A stretch of DNA of 64,000 nucleotides from Glaucostegus cemiculus. Taxonomy: Eukaryota. Of this stretch, positions 13,200-24,460 are shown one piece after another. Position 1 is the first letter of the stretch. The number at the start of each line of letters is the position of its first letter. The stretch is taken from positions 14,074,001 through 14,138,000 of the forward strand of contig CDPCPM010000026.1 of NCBI GenBank assembly GCA_976551045.1, in the 5' to 3' direction. The position numbers were made by a program, and so were the translations under genes. The notes under the pieces are model-generated. The model was given only the letters and a program-made list of their open reading frames with translations, was not told where the DNA came from and ran no database searches.

Positions 13200-13570
13200 T
13201 AGAAGTCTATAAAATCATGAGAGGCCTAGGCAGAGTAGACAGCTGGTATCTAAGGTCAAAGTGTCTAATACTAGAGGGCATGCATTTAGGGTGATAGGGG
13301 AAAGTTCAAAGGAGATGTGCAGTGCAAATTTTTTTACACAGAGATTGGTGGGTGCCCAGAATGTGCTGCCAGGGATGGTGGTGAAGGCAGATACAATAGA
13401 GGCATTTAAGAGGCTCTTAGATAGGTACATGAATCTTCAGAAAAAGGAGGGATATGGACCATGTGCAGGCAGAAGGGATTAGTTTAATTAGGCCTTTTTA
13501 GCTTAATTAGTTCAGCACAACATTTGGACCAAAAGGCCTGTTCCTGTGCTGGACTGTGCTAGATTCTATA
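13200..13570 (+). mobile_element. CR1 3' fragment nested in the Penelope relic
   Basis: ORF 13261..13482 TRGHAFRV...FFTQRLVGAQNVLPGMVVKADTIEAFKRLLDRYM is a typical CR1 ORF2 C-terminus. Confidence 0.85.
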
Positions 13571-14564
13571 TAACATTATCTCTTCCTTCCTTTCTCCACA
13601 GAAACATTATCTGTTTCTTTCTCCACACATGATGTCTGTCCTACTGGGTATTTCCAGCATTTTTATATTTCTGTTCCTTTTGCTTTTCAGCTACCTGACA
13701 TGTTCAACATACGTTTTTATGGTTAAAGATGTAATAAATATAGAATAATTAGTGGAGCATCATTGTTTAATGAGAGTAAGTAATTTTAATATTTTAATTG
13801 CTAATATTATTAAATAAAAGCACTGGAGGAGTTAAAGAGACTGAAGGCTCACTGATCTGCTGAGCTGAAGGTCTATATCCCAAAATGAGGTAATGGATGC
13901 ATTTGCAGTAAATTTGCAAAGTTCTGTAAATTATAGAAATTCCCAGTGGATTTAAAATGAGCAAATGTAATCAACCATAAAAGGACGGAGAAGCAAAATA
14001 GGGAAAATATAACATTTATCCTGACACTAATCATCAAGAAAATATAAGATTTGCCATAAAAAGATACAACTTGTTGGACAAAACAGGGGCTCAGGGATTG
14101 ATTCAAGAACAGACATAGAGAACAGTAATAATAGAGGGTCATCTTCAGGTTTGCAGGGAATTAATATTGAGCTCCTTTTTATAGTCTGAGTTAGAGAAAG
14201 GAATTGCATGGAAGATTTGCTAGTGATGTAAGGACTGGTGGGAAAATAAACTGTGAAGAAGGCACAAAGAGTTTGCCAGGGGATATTGGCAAGTTAAATG
14301 GGTAGGCAAAACGTGGCAGATGATACGTAATGTGGGGAGAAATGAAGATTTTCATTTTGACGAGAATGATAGGAAAAAATATTTTTAAACATTGATGAAC
14401 TTGGAACTGTTGTATTCAGAGGAGCTTAGGTGTCAGTGGGCACAAAATACAGAAAGTTAACATGCAGCTGGAGCAAGTAATTAAGATGACAAATGGCACT
14501 GGCAGGGAGTTAGAGTACAAGAGGAAGAGAGTCTTGTTATTGTTACAGGGCTTATTGAGATCTC

Positions 14565-14775
14565 CATAAGAACATAAGAAATAGAAACAGAAGAAGGTCC
14601 TATTGCCTCTTAAAGGTGATTTTCCATTTAATAAGATCGCAGCTGATCTGATTTTGGCCACCACTCTGCTCTCCTGTCTGTTCCCTCTAAACTGTGACTT
14701 GAAATATTTCAAAATTCCAGTAGTCTCCATCTTGAATATATGCTATGCCTTAGTCTCAACAGCTCTCAGAGAGAT
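14565..14775 (-). mobile_element. Short CR1 3' fragment
   Basis: CATAAGAACATAAGAAATAG tandem tail in reverse orientation. Confidence 0.6.
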
Positions 14776-17309
14776 AAAAAAATTCCTGTCTGGAGTATTG
14801 TGGACAGTTTTGGTTCCTGTCCCTGAGGAGGATATATCTGCCCTAGGTAAAATTCAGTGTAAAATCACCAGACTAATTCCTAACACGATTATCCTTTGTG
14901 GTGTGATTAAGTTATATTCACATTAGAAGAGCAAGAAGTGATATCAAAAAAGTTAAGTTTCTCGAGGCTGCTTCTTCCAGCTGGGAGGTCTAGAACTGGG
15001 CAGCGGGGTCTTAGGATAAAGATAACGATTCAAACACCTGGGATTGAGAGGAGGAATGTCTTCAATCAGAGGGTTATAAATACTTAAAATTCTCATTTCT
15101 GCAGAAATATGGATGCTCTGGCATTGACTATATTCAAAATTGAGCTCAGTAGTTTCTTGGAGTCAGAAGGATTGGTGATCAGGTGACTGGATGTCGTAAA
15201 AGATCATATTACTGATGGTGGATCAAGTTCCAAGATCCACTGATCCCATCATGATCTTTCGTGCTTAAGTTCTGACAAACAAAAATGCACAACTGATAAT
15301 TAGCATATAATGGCTAATTTATACTATTTGTTTATAGTTCATTGTCATTTGGCAAAATGTTAAATGAATCCATGGTGTACGATGCTTTAGACAGTAGATC
15401 ACATTTATTATGCAGTAAATGTCTCTCTCTAATTTAAATATATAAATAGAAGTAAGAAAACTACTTACTTTGGCCTTCTGTTGTATGTTAGCAAGTGGCA
15501 ACCATCATAAACACTTCAATTCAGTGTTCTCTGTGCTGCTGATTGGCTTGTTCACACTTGAGTGAGTATTGCTGTAGGGCACGTCACTAGGGACAGGTCA
15601 TTGACAGCAGCAGTTTGGACCAATATTATAGGCTGGACCTCGGAGGTGACCTTTAACAGCTGGCAGTGATGTTATGACACATGGCTGTCGAGATAGATCA
15701 GAGCAGAATGCCTGGAAGATCAGACAGATTGTTGATCATGGTGTGATCAATGTGTTTCTACTGACTTATAGTAAAAATGTTACTTAAAATATGCTTTCCC
15801 CTTGATTATACCTTAATCATTCTGAAGGTTCTTGGTTGAGAGCTAACAGATGTTAAATGTTGGCACTTCTGAAAACTCTTCCTTTGTTTTTCCTCATGCA
15901 CAATGACCATAACTGAAAGCAGTAATTGACATTTAACCTTCTATTCAATAGATTTCCTTATTCGCCCATCATTATTGCATTACTTGCTAGGTTCTTAATA
16001 AGGCTACGTTTCTGAAGCATTTGCAAAAAGTAATTCAAATATTTCTACTTCGATTCATGGGGACAGATTGGGCTGGATGTGTTCACCCTCTCAGCAGTAT
16101 GCAACACATAATGCTTGAAAGTATAGTCTGAGAGATATGCACCCAGTTCAGAAAAGTGGGCACATTCTTGGTAAAGCTGTTTGCACAACTGTACCTAACA
16201 ATCTCCAACAATCTGGAGTGCAGGCTGATTCAGGGTGTACTGATTTGACACAGTACTGATCTCTTCAAACTTAATACTCCAGCCAAGATCATGTCTTAAC
16301 CATGTATAGTTGAGTATGATGTTGGCCAGAATGAAATAATCCCACCAGTACTAATTAAAAGAAGCATGAAATACTTAAATAGATTAATTTAAACAAATCC
16401 CCCTTCTGCATCACCTTAGTGCTTGCCTTCCATGTGCATTTCCCTATCCTTGCACCTTGATGAGGTGTTTCTGCATGAATGATAGCAGACTGCAAGCCTT
16501 CTGTATGAAATATTGTAAGCAATATCATTCATAGCCCATACCATCAGTCTGGCCTGGCCTGACCTGGTAGTGTGACAACAGTGGGAGTTTCACCCTGAGA
16601 CGCAGGCAGATTTGTATTCTTGGGAGCTACATTCCCAAGGTGATCCTTGACATTCCTACTGGAAAATGGGTGATAGAGAGGTGTGATGCCTTTGATCAAC
16701 ACTCAGATACTTACTGGGAGCTGTTGTTCTGCATCAGTAGCTATGCAATAGAACATCAGTTGCTGCATCAAGATGGGTCCACCATTCTGTTGTTGAAAAT
16801 GACTATGTTGGCCTGCATGCTCTGACCTTTGAACCCCACATAATCTTGATGTTGCTCTCTTTCATGCTTCCTGAAATGATGCTCAAGTTTTCACTTAATT
16901 TTTCCAAGTTTATCAACTGTTTGTTTCACACACCAATCAGCCATTTTTTGTAATCTTGGCTATTGAAATTCTCACCTGAATCTTAAACAGAAGAATTGGA
17001 GTTGGATCATTACAGTGAACTGGCACCTGTTTCCCTCGGCTCCTGTATGCTTGTGCCTGATCTTCCATCATGCAGATCCATCCTGAATCCCAACCTCTAA
17101 ACACACAAAGTGACGATCTCTGAGCTGGTGGCTGAGTGAAAGACTGATAGACAGTATTTATTCATCTTCACTCTCTTTTCCCTGTTCTGATTAGAAAGAT
17201 TCTGGTTTTTAGGTATCTGGAATTAAACAAGAGAGAAGAGTGGAGATATGCAAACTCTCTCATCCCTCCATCTTCCTTTGTTAACACTAAGAGATGCTAG
17301 GTGCACAGA

Positions 17310-17595
17310 AATGCACCAGCACTTTAAATGCCCGATACCAGCCCGTTCACTTTAATAACTATTTATTTATTTACCGGCCATTTTTAATTTAATCTGCGTA
17401 TTAATTTAATTTTAACTTCCGTAGTTTTTAATGTTTAATGTTTTTTTAATGTTTATTCTGTCAAGTGTGTATGTGTGTCTCTGTTGGTTGTTATTTTATG
17501 GGATGAGCACCTGAGGAGGACGGTATCTCGCTCCTATGCATACTATGTATGTATATGGTTGTGACAATAAAACTGATTCTGATTCTGATTCTGAT
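17310..17595 (+). mobile_element. LINE 3' UTR (Rex1/L2-type) with (GATTCT)n tail
   Basis: GACAATAAAACTGATTCTGATTCTGATTCTGAT; same family as the minus copy at 31003-31315 (shared CGCTCCTATGCATACT). Confidence 0.7.
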
Positions 17596-18989
17596 ATGGA
17601 GAAGAGTTTGTACTTGCAGCTTGTGAGTTAGATGAAATTGCTGAAAGTCGGGCCATAAAAAAATACATTAAGTTTGAAGATCATGGATTCCTTCCTCTCC
17701 ACAAGGGACAATATCATCAGTGAAGTCTGTCCCTTTTAGTCACCAGGGGTCATATCATCAGTAAGGCAGCATTGTCCCTTCCATGCATGTCAAAATATTC
17801 AGATATACTCATTCCTTCCCATTCCCTTCCTCCTGCCTGCTGTATGGGTATATAGTATAAGATAAGCGGAGTTCACAGGAAAAACATAAACATAAACTAT
17901 ACACAAATTTTACAAGAAAGAACACAATGAAAAAGTCCATTGTAGTGCAAGGAAAAAGTTTCAGTGAGAATCCTGCGATGTTTTTTGTATAATGTGGCTG
18001 CCAAGGTTAAAAACTGTCCTGCCCATGCGTGTGTGTGCGCGCCCATGTGTGTGTGTGAGATAATCAGATAAAGTATATGAACTAAAGAGCTGAATTTTAG
18101 TTGAGAGTGATTGCAGGTAGATGGATAGTTGGGGAGTGGTGAACTGAGTGGTGAAATTAGGCTGGCGGTGCTGTTGGCAGGAAAACTTAGTTTGGACATG
18201 AATATGCCCACCATGATAACTTTGCCTAGACATTTGGTCATATGGCACCTCATTTTGTGTGCTGCATAATTAAATCTTGACAAAAAATAAAATGTAAATC
18301 GGGGCCTTGATGAAGTTGCTCAGTCTTTTATGTTCTGTTGGCTACTTTGTGTGTTTGAAGTGTCAGGCACATGAAAGGTCCCTGATACATAGCTTTGCTC
18401 GACAGTGCACCATACAGACCTGGATGCTATTTCCCATAATCTTGTCCATACATCCATAGCCTGCACCCACTATGGGCCATAGATGCAGGACAAAGCTAAC
18501 TAATTCTTGCCTCAAAGGGAAGCTGCACAACCGTTAAGGTAAGGTATTTACCCAGCACTCCATCCCACATCCCACTCTCCTCAAGAATGTCCTTAGCAGA
18601 CAGCCCTTACCCAAACCCCCAAACATTGAGCAACTAATCCTTCCTCTCTCCAATAACTTTTTGGCTAGATCCCTCCAGCTACCAATCCCAGTCCTTCAAT
18701 ACCTTTTCCAAAGTTGAACACTCCCCAACAATACAAGCATTGACCTTTGCCACTGATCCTTCTCACTATTTCATGAAGGTATGTGGTAACAGGATATATT
18801 TCCTTCACTTTACACTCTACAGCTAGACTTCTGAAGGATCATCAGAATACCTTGTACTTGTGTCCTGCCTTTGCTCAAGGTATCATGGACTATTTCATTT
18901 TCAAAATCTCCCACCATGTCATGCAGCATCCATACACCTCACCATCTAAAAGGTGGAAAATATCTGTAAAAAGTCTTGTCTTTTCTGTA

Positions 18990-19205
18990 ATTTTTGCCAG
19001 TTCTGCAGCAAGTTCATCAACCTGAAACATTAACTCTGTTTCTCTCCCTATATATTGCTATTGGTTTGTTATTGTCACTTGTACCGAGGTACAGTGAAAA
19101 ACTTGTCTTGCATACTGATCGTACAGATCAATTCATTACACAGTGCAGATGCATTGAGTTAATATGCTCTCTTACCAGCTTAGTATTTCCAGCATTTGCT
19201 GCTCT
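18990..19205 (+). mobile_element. Penelope tail split by a minus-strand LINE tail (19055-19160)
   Basis: CCTGAAACATTAACTCTGTTTCTCTCCC stops near 19050 and resumes as AGTATTTCCAGCATTT after an insert that is the reverse complement of 1720-1835. Confidence 0.65.
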
Positions 19206-20119
19206 TGTTCATACAAGGAAGTTTAATTTGATTAAAGCTCTTGATTGTTCTTGTTTTTCCATTATTTGCTTTCTTGCATTACTTATAACCACAGTAAAGT
19301 ACTTCCAATGTTTGTTAAAGAAATGCAGTGGCAGTTTCAGTATTTTCCATTGCATTGCCTACCTTCTATGCATGGAATGTTGATCTTTAACTATAGAACC
19401 CATCAGGAAGTGGTACACTTCAATGTGCTTAAACACTTTGTGGGGCCATCAACTGCAAAGCTAGTCGGGCAGCAACATCCTGAGTATAATTATTTCTCCC
19501 AGTGCAGTGCTCAAACCTTGTTCATTAAATAGCATTTACTTCATGAATTACAGTGTGCTCCACTAAAACAATGGATCCAGGGCCTGGCAAGCCTTTTGGG
19601 CCCAGTAAGCTTCCAGCTGATTATAAGTTTTGCTAAGAAGAGTAACATTCTCTGTAGGTCCCGGTGTATATCTGTCTGCATGGTTGCTATTGCTATGAAT
19701 ATAAACTGTAACTTAGCTGTATAATGGCAACTTTTGGTTCACTTTCCGTTTCCAAGCAAATGAAAGCATTAAAGAAACTGATTTTCCAAACAAAGCAGTA
19801 GTTTTTAGAACATAGACGTCTATAAAAAAAACCCCAAAAAACTATTATAGTATTGGAATTTATACTATTCATTAGATTTTATATCTCACTTGTGGATCCA
19901 GGAGTTGGCATTCAGTAAGGTATGTCATTCACAACCATTCTTGCTGCTCCATTGCCACTTGGAAACAATTAGTAACTACAGTCAAGGATAAAAACATTGT
20001 TCTGATGAGATCAGAAGAACTATATATTCTGACCTTCATGGGCCCAACTGATGTGTCCAGGTTGCTGCCAATGAACAACTGAAGTGAGCGACTTGCAAGA
20101 ACTGAAGTGAAATACCTCA

Positions 20120-20297
20120 AACACTGGAAAACTGAAATAAAAAGCTAGAAACACATAACAATCTACTTGGCTGCATCAGTGACGAAAGAGAGTTAACATT
20201 CCAGGCGAACAGTTGGTCATTGCAACCTCAGAAGTTAACTCTGTTACCTTCCCATAGATGCTGCTTGACCTGTTGAGTATTTAAGGATTTTCTGTTT
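20120..20297. mobile_element. Short inverted pair of Penelope-type tails
   Basis: GCATCAGTGACGAAAGAGAGTTAAC (minus copy) faces GTTAACTCTGTTACCTTCCCATAGATGCTGCTTGACCTGTTGAGT (plus copy). Confidence 0.55.
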
Positions 20298-20569
20298 CCC
20301 ATAATGAGCAAGTTCCTGTCCGGGAAGTGACAGAGTAAAATTTAAAACATTTTAATGGTGTTATTACTTTGTGAAGTTGCACAAATAGACACCCAATTAA
20401 CAAGAAAATAACATTATACTGTGTGAATGGTGCACAGGAATGCCAAGAATACAAGTTTCTGATGTGGGTGAGAAAGGCAGGAGGCAGATCAACTGACTTC
20501 TTTCTCCTGTAACAAAATATCACCATTTACGTCTCCTGGAAAATGATCTGCAGTTCCTGAGGCTTCACC

Positions 20570-20832
20570 ACTTGTGTCCTTCAGTCTCTCTTGGTCTGTA
20601 CCTTATCACCAACATTTCCTTTGTTCTCTCCATCCCTGCACTCACCCCCCCCACCGATCTGCAACTTGAAACATGTTTTATTTCTAATTTTTCTGAGCTC
20701 TGATAAAAGGTCACTAATTTGAAACATTATTTTTGTTCCTCACTTTACAGATGCTGCCTGACACACTGAGTTTTTCCAAGCATTTTCTGTTTTTCTGCTT
20801 TTATTTCAAATTTCCAGTATTAGCAGTTTTTT
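20570..20832 (+). mobile_element. Penelope-type 3' tail with degenerate hammerhead motif
   Basis: CTGATAAAAGGTCACTAATTTGAAACATT...CAGATGCTGCCTGAC...TTTCCAG. Confidence 0.6.
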
Positions 20833-20869
20833 AAATTGTCTTTTGTTTGTTTTTAGTGGTTTAGGGCTT

Positions 20870-21600
20870 TCTGAGTATTGTTGGATATTATCCACTTGCC
20901 TTTACATCCTGACTTGTGGCTTGTAGACAGACAAGACAAGAATGAAGTCAACCACAGCAGGATACTTAGCTTCTGACTTAATCTAGTAGCCATACTCTTT
21001 ATATGGTTGGTCCAGTTAAACTTCTGTTTAATTGTGACCCTCATGTGGGGGACATCTTTGGCAATGCAGTTAAATGTTAATGTTAGGTGGTTAGATCTGC
21101 TGTTGTTGGAGATTATCATTGCCGAGCACTTGTATGGCATGAAGGCTATTCACCACTTACGATGCCTTGTCTGAGTGTTGTCCAGGGCCCTGCTTCTTGT
21201 GGGAAAAGGCTGCTTTGCTTGCTGAGGAGTTGCAAGTGGACAGTTCATACACTTGCATATGTCCCCACTTCTGACTTTAAATTGACAAGAAGATCATTGA
21301 TGAATATTTGAATATGGTTAGACCGAGGACACTGCCCTGAGGAACTCCTGGGACTGAAAGGATTAACATCGAAAAAGCATGATGCTCTTTATTTGTGTGG
21401 GGTATGACTCCAGCCAGTGGAAAGTAGTTCCTCTTGATGCCCGTTGACTGCCTTTATCAAGGCTCCTTAATACTGCACTTGGTAAATGCTGCATTCAGGG
21501 GACACACTCTCACTTCACTTGTGGAAATCAACTGTTTGGCCCATGTATGGACCAGGAGTGGTCCTGATGAAATCAAAATTGAGAATCAGTGGATCAGTTA
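20870..21600 (-). mobile_element. CR1/L2-superfamily LINE RT fragment
   Basis: Minus ORF 20853..21140 KCSAMIISN...HLTLTFN...KFNWTNHIKSMATRLSQKLSIL resembles the LINE RT C-terminal region. Confidence 0.7.
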
Positions 21601-24134
21601 CTTGTGAGTTAATGACCTGCCACATTAACTCCATTTCCTTTTTCACAGATGCTGCCTGCCCTGTTGAGTAATTGTCTTTATTTCAGATTTCCAGCATCCA
21701 GCCTTTTAGCTAAATTTAATTTGTTCTGCTTTTTTGGGCTGTTTTAATTTATGCAATGGATTTTCCATTTGCAAAAATGTAAGATCACAGAAAAGATGTT
21801 CTGCATTGTGGCTTAGAATTGAGCACTGCAGTGCCCTGTATTTTGGTGGAGGTCGAGGTGAAAGTTGGATTGTGGTGACAATGCAGGGAAAGAGACTAGC
21901 ATTGTTGCAACTTGTATTGAGATGAATAACAGGAACGTAAAATGCAGATACCACAAGGCAGACAGGATAACTGATGGTGTGCTTGATTTGTACCTCCAAA
22001 TTAGTGTGTTCAACCCATCAAAACACATTGATATGTGACGAGCAAAATGTTGCAGGTCTGAGACTTCTTTCTCATTATAAAAAAAAGATGGAATTTATAT
22101 CAACATGAAAAAAACGGCTTACTGGAGAAAAGGTCAGTCATGAAACTGATCTGCCTTTCATTGTTAATCTTTTGACAAGTGCCCGAAATGTAAAAATGCT
22201 GGTGATTCAATTCCACAGCTGAAGAAATGAAGGCACAGTTGGGGAAGGAAACTGTGACAGAGTGTATGGAATTTATAGTAACTGGAATATTCTTAAAACC
22301 CAGTAGTTCTTGGCGAGCGGACTGACCATTAGCAATCAAGTAACACAGCAGTAAATATGAAAAATTACACCAGTAATTTTAGTAGGTTATGATCCATAAA
22401 TCCAATTTACCTAAATACCAATGTTTGCATCAGGAGGAATAAGATATCATATGATCAGTTTTAATTAAGAATAAGATATTTGTATAAAAGTTGCTAAATT
22501 GGAATGAACTACCTTTTATTTTTGTATCACTGTAATGGTTTAAAAAGACAGCTGATACTTGCTGATACTTCTTCATCACATAATTTATTTGGATGTCATC
22601 CATTTGAGCCTTTCTATAAAAAAATGCAGGTTGTGGCTTCCACCTGGGTGCATTTTAAATTTCATCTGCTCCATGCTACAGGTTCTGCTGACAATAATGG
22701 AAAGGCTTTGAAAGCAAGGGTCATGAGTTAAAAATTGATCCCTTCAATAGCTTTAAAATGAAAAGATGCATTCTCTTATTTTTTTTAAGTAGGATTAAAA
22801 TTGATGATAAACTACATTTAAACAATGTTTATTTTAGCTTTCAGTCAGATGTATTTTAAGAAAAGATTGTGCATTGTGTATGATGTGACCTTCATCTGAC
22901 AAACATGCATTGTGCAATAAACTGTCAATATTTGTAGTTATAAGGTACAAAATGACATTTACAATAATTGGAACAGCCATATTAAAAGCCTGGATCTGCC
23001 AGCTGGCAGGAGATAAAGACGTGACCCATCTCACTGTTCATCAGGGAAATTTATTTTTGCCAGTTAATAGATGAGAAGAAACTGCTAGCTGTTTTAGATG
23101 GCACCTTTTATTCTTCCAGAAATAAAACAAAGGAGTACTTTTATTGCTGTGACTGTCGACTGATTATGTGTAATGTGCACTGAAAAATATTACAAGGCAC
23201 CAAAATGGTGCAGGTCATATACAAAAATAAGACTGAGAAAAGATTGAATAAGCACAGATCTTTCTTAGCTCTGGTTGTTTTTTCCTTTATTTCATGGACC
23301 ATCTATGGCATATTAACCTTTGAACATTGGAACTTTTTTCAATCATCCAAGGGATCACATTTGTAATTCTTCACTTCTTGCAGTGGCTACTGGCCTTTGA
23401 TACTGTATGTGCATGATATACACACACAACAATGCAACTTGATATGGCAGGAGGAGCAAGAAGGCAGAGTTAGGAAGGCAAGGTTATTTTGTCCATTCCT
23501 TATTTTGTATCATAAATGTGCCATCTCATTACTCATGCAGTACCATTGCTTCTGAACTCTGTATCAAGTATGAACACTCAGAATGAGTGTTAATATTTTA
23601 TCTGGAAATTTCAGCCTTTGAAATTTTCTGAAATTGCACAAGCAGCAAATTAATTTGAAATGGACACCTATCTTCCCGCTTAACTATTTCCTCAGAGTCT
23701 TGACAACATCTGAATGAAAGTAAAAACCAGAATATAAAAAGAAGAAATACTCTTAAACAACTGGAGCCTGAGAAGAGAGCTCTACTTCATCTTTAAATCC
23801 CTCTTCAGTACGAGCATTTAAGTTTGAAGCAATGAATGCATCATTTATGAATATTAGACACATTAAATTTATGAAAATGTCATTGTGTAACATTTTCATT
23901 GTTTAATGCAAATCATTCTGATATCATGAAATTACATTCAAAATGCATTTGAGAGATCAGTGAGGAAAAAAGTAAAAGATCATTTTAAAACCCTGGAACC
24001 TAAAATTTTAGATGTAATTTTAGGTCCATTCAGAACTGGACTAAAAGGATGAAATTTGAATGAACAATGGGGATAGAGCTATCATAATGATTAGCAGAAA
24101 GTTGTAGTGGATAAAGTTTGATAACGTTCGTATA

Positions 24135-24460
24135 AAAGGGTGCAGCAGTTCCCCAGCTGGTAGACTTGTTGCCTCACAATTCCAGCAACTTGGATTCTAG
24201 CCTGACCTCCAGTGGTGTCTATGAGGAGTTTGTGCATTCTCCCTGTGATCTCCCATTCCTGCTCTGATCCCATTACATGCAGGTTAGCAGGTTAAATAGC
24301 CACAGTAAAATGTCCTTAGTGTGTAGGTGAATGGTAGATTCCGGGTGAGTTGATGGGAATATGGGGAGAATAAAATGGGATTAATGTAAATGATTGCTTT
24401 GGGCTGGCAGACTTGGTGGGCCAAAAGGCATGTTTCTGCCTTGTATGACTCTACAACTCT
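24135..24460 (+). mobile_element. Older tRNA-derived V-SINE
   Basis: GCCTCACAATTCCAGC head, GGAGTTTGTGCATTCTCCCTGTGA, CR1-like tail TGGGCCAAAAGGCATGTTTC...TGTATGACTCTA. Confidence 0.7.

Larger units (their letters stand above)
12180..13680 (+). mobile_element. Decayed Penelope-like element (RT to 3' tail)
   Basis: FLQIKSATMEIR (PLE QxxGxxMG motif) and PHLFFLYIDDYI (RT YIDD) at about 12185-12330; PLE-like segments to 13200; PLE tail 13570-13680. Confidence 0.7.
9900..15270 (+). mobile_element. Near-full-length decayed CR1 LINE interrupted by nested insertions
   Basis: ORF1 esterase-like HWDGL*LS*AWINILTN (~10000); endonuclease TAQVNINRFDLI (~10480), GWGVALIRK (~10950), VMYRPLNS (~11090); RT-like region 13800-14560; CR1 3' end ~14800-15270. 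Many stops and frameshifts. Confidence 0.7.
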
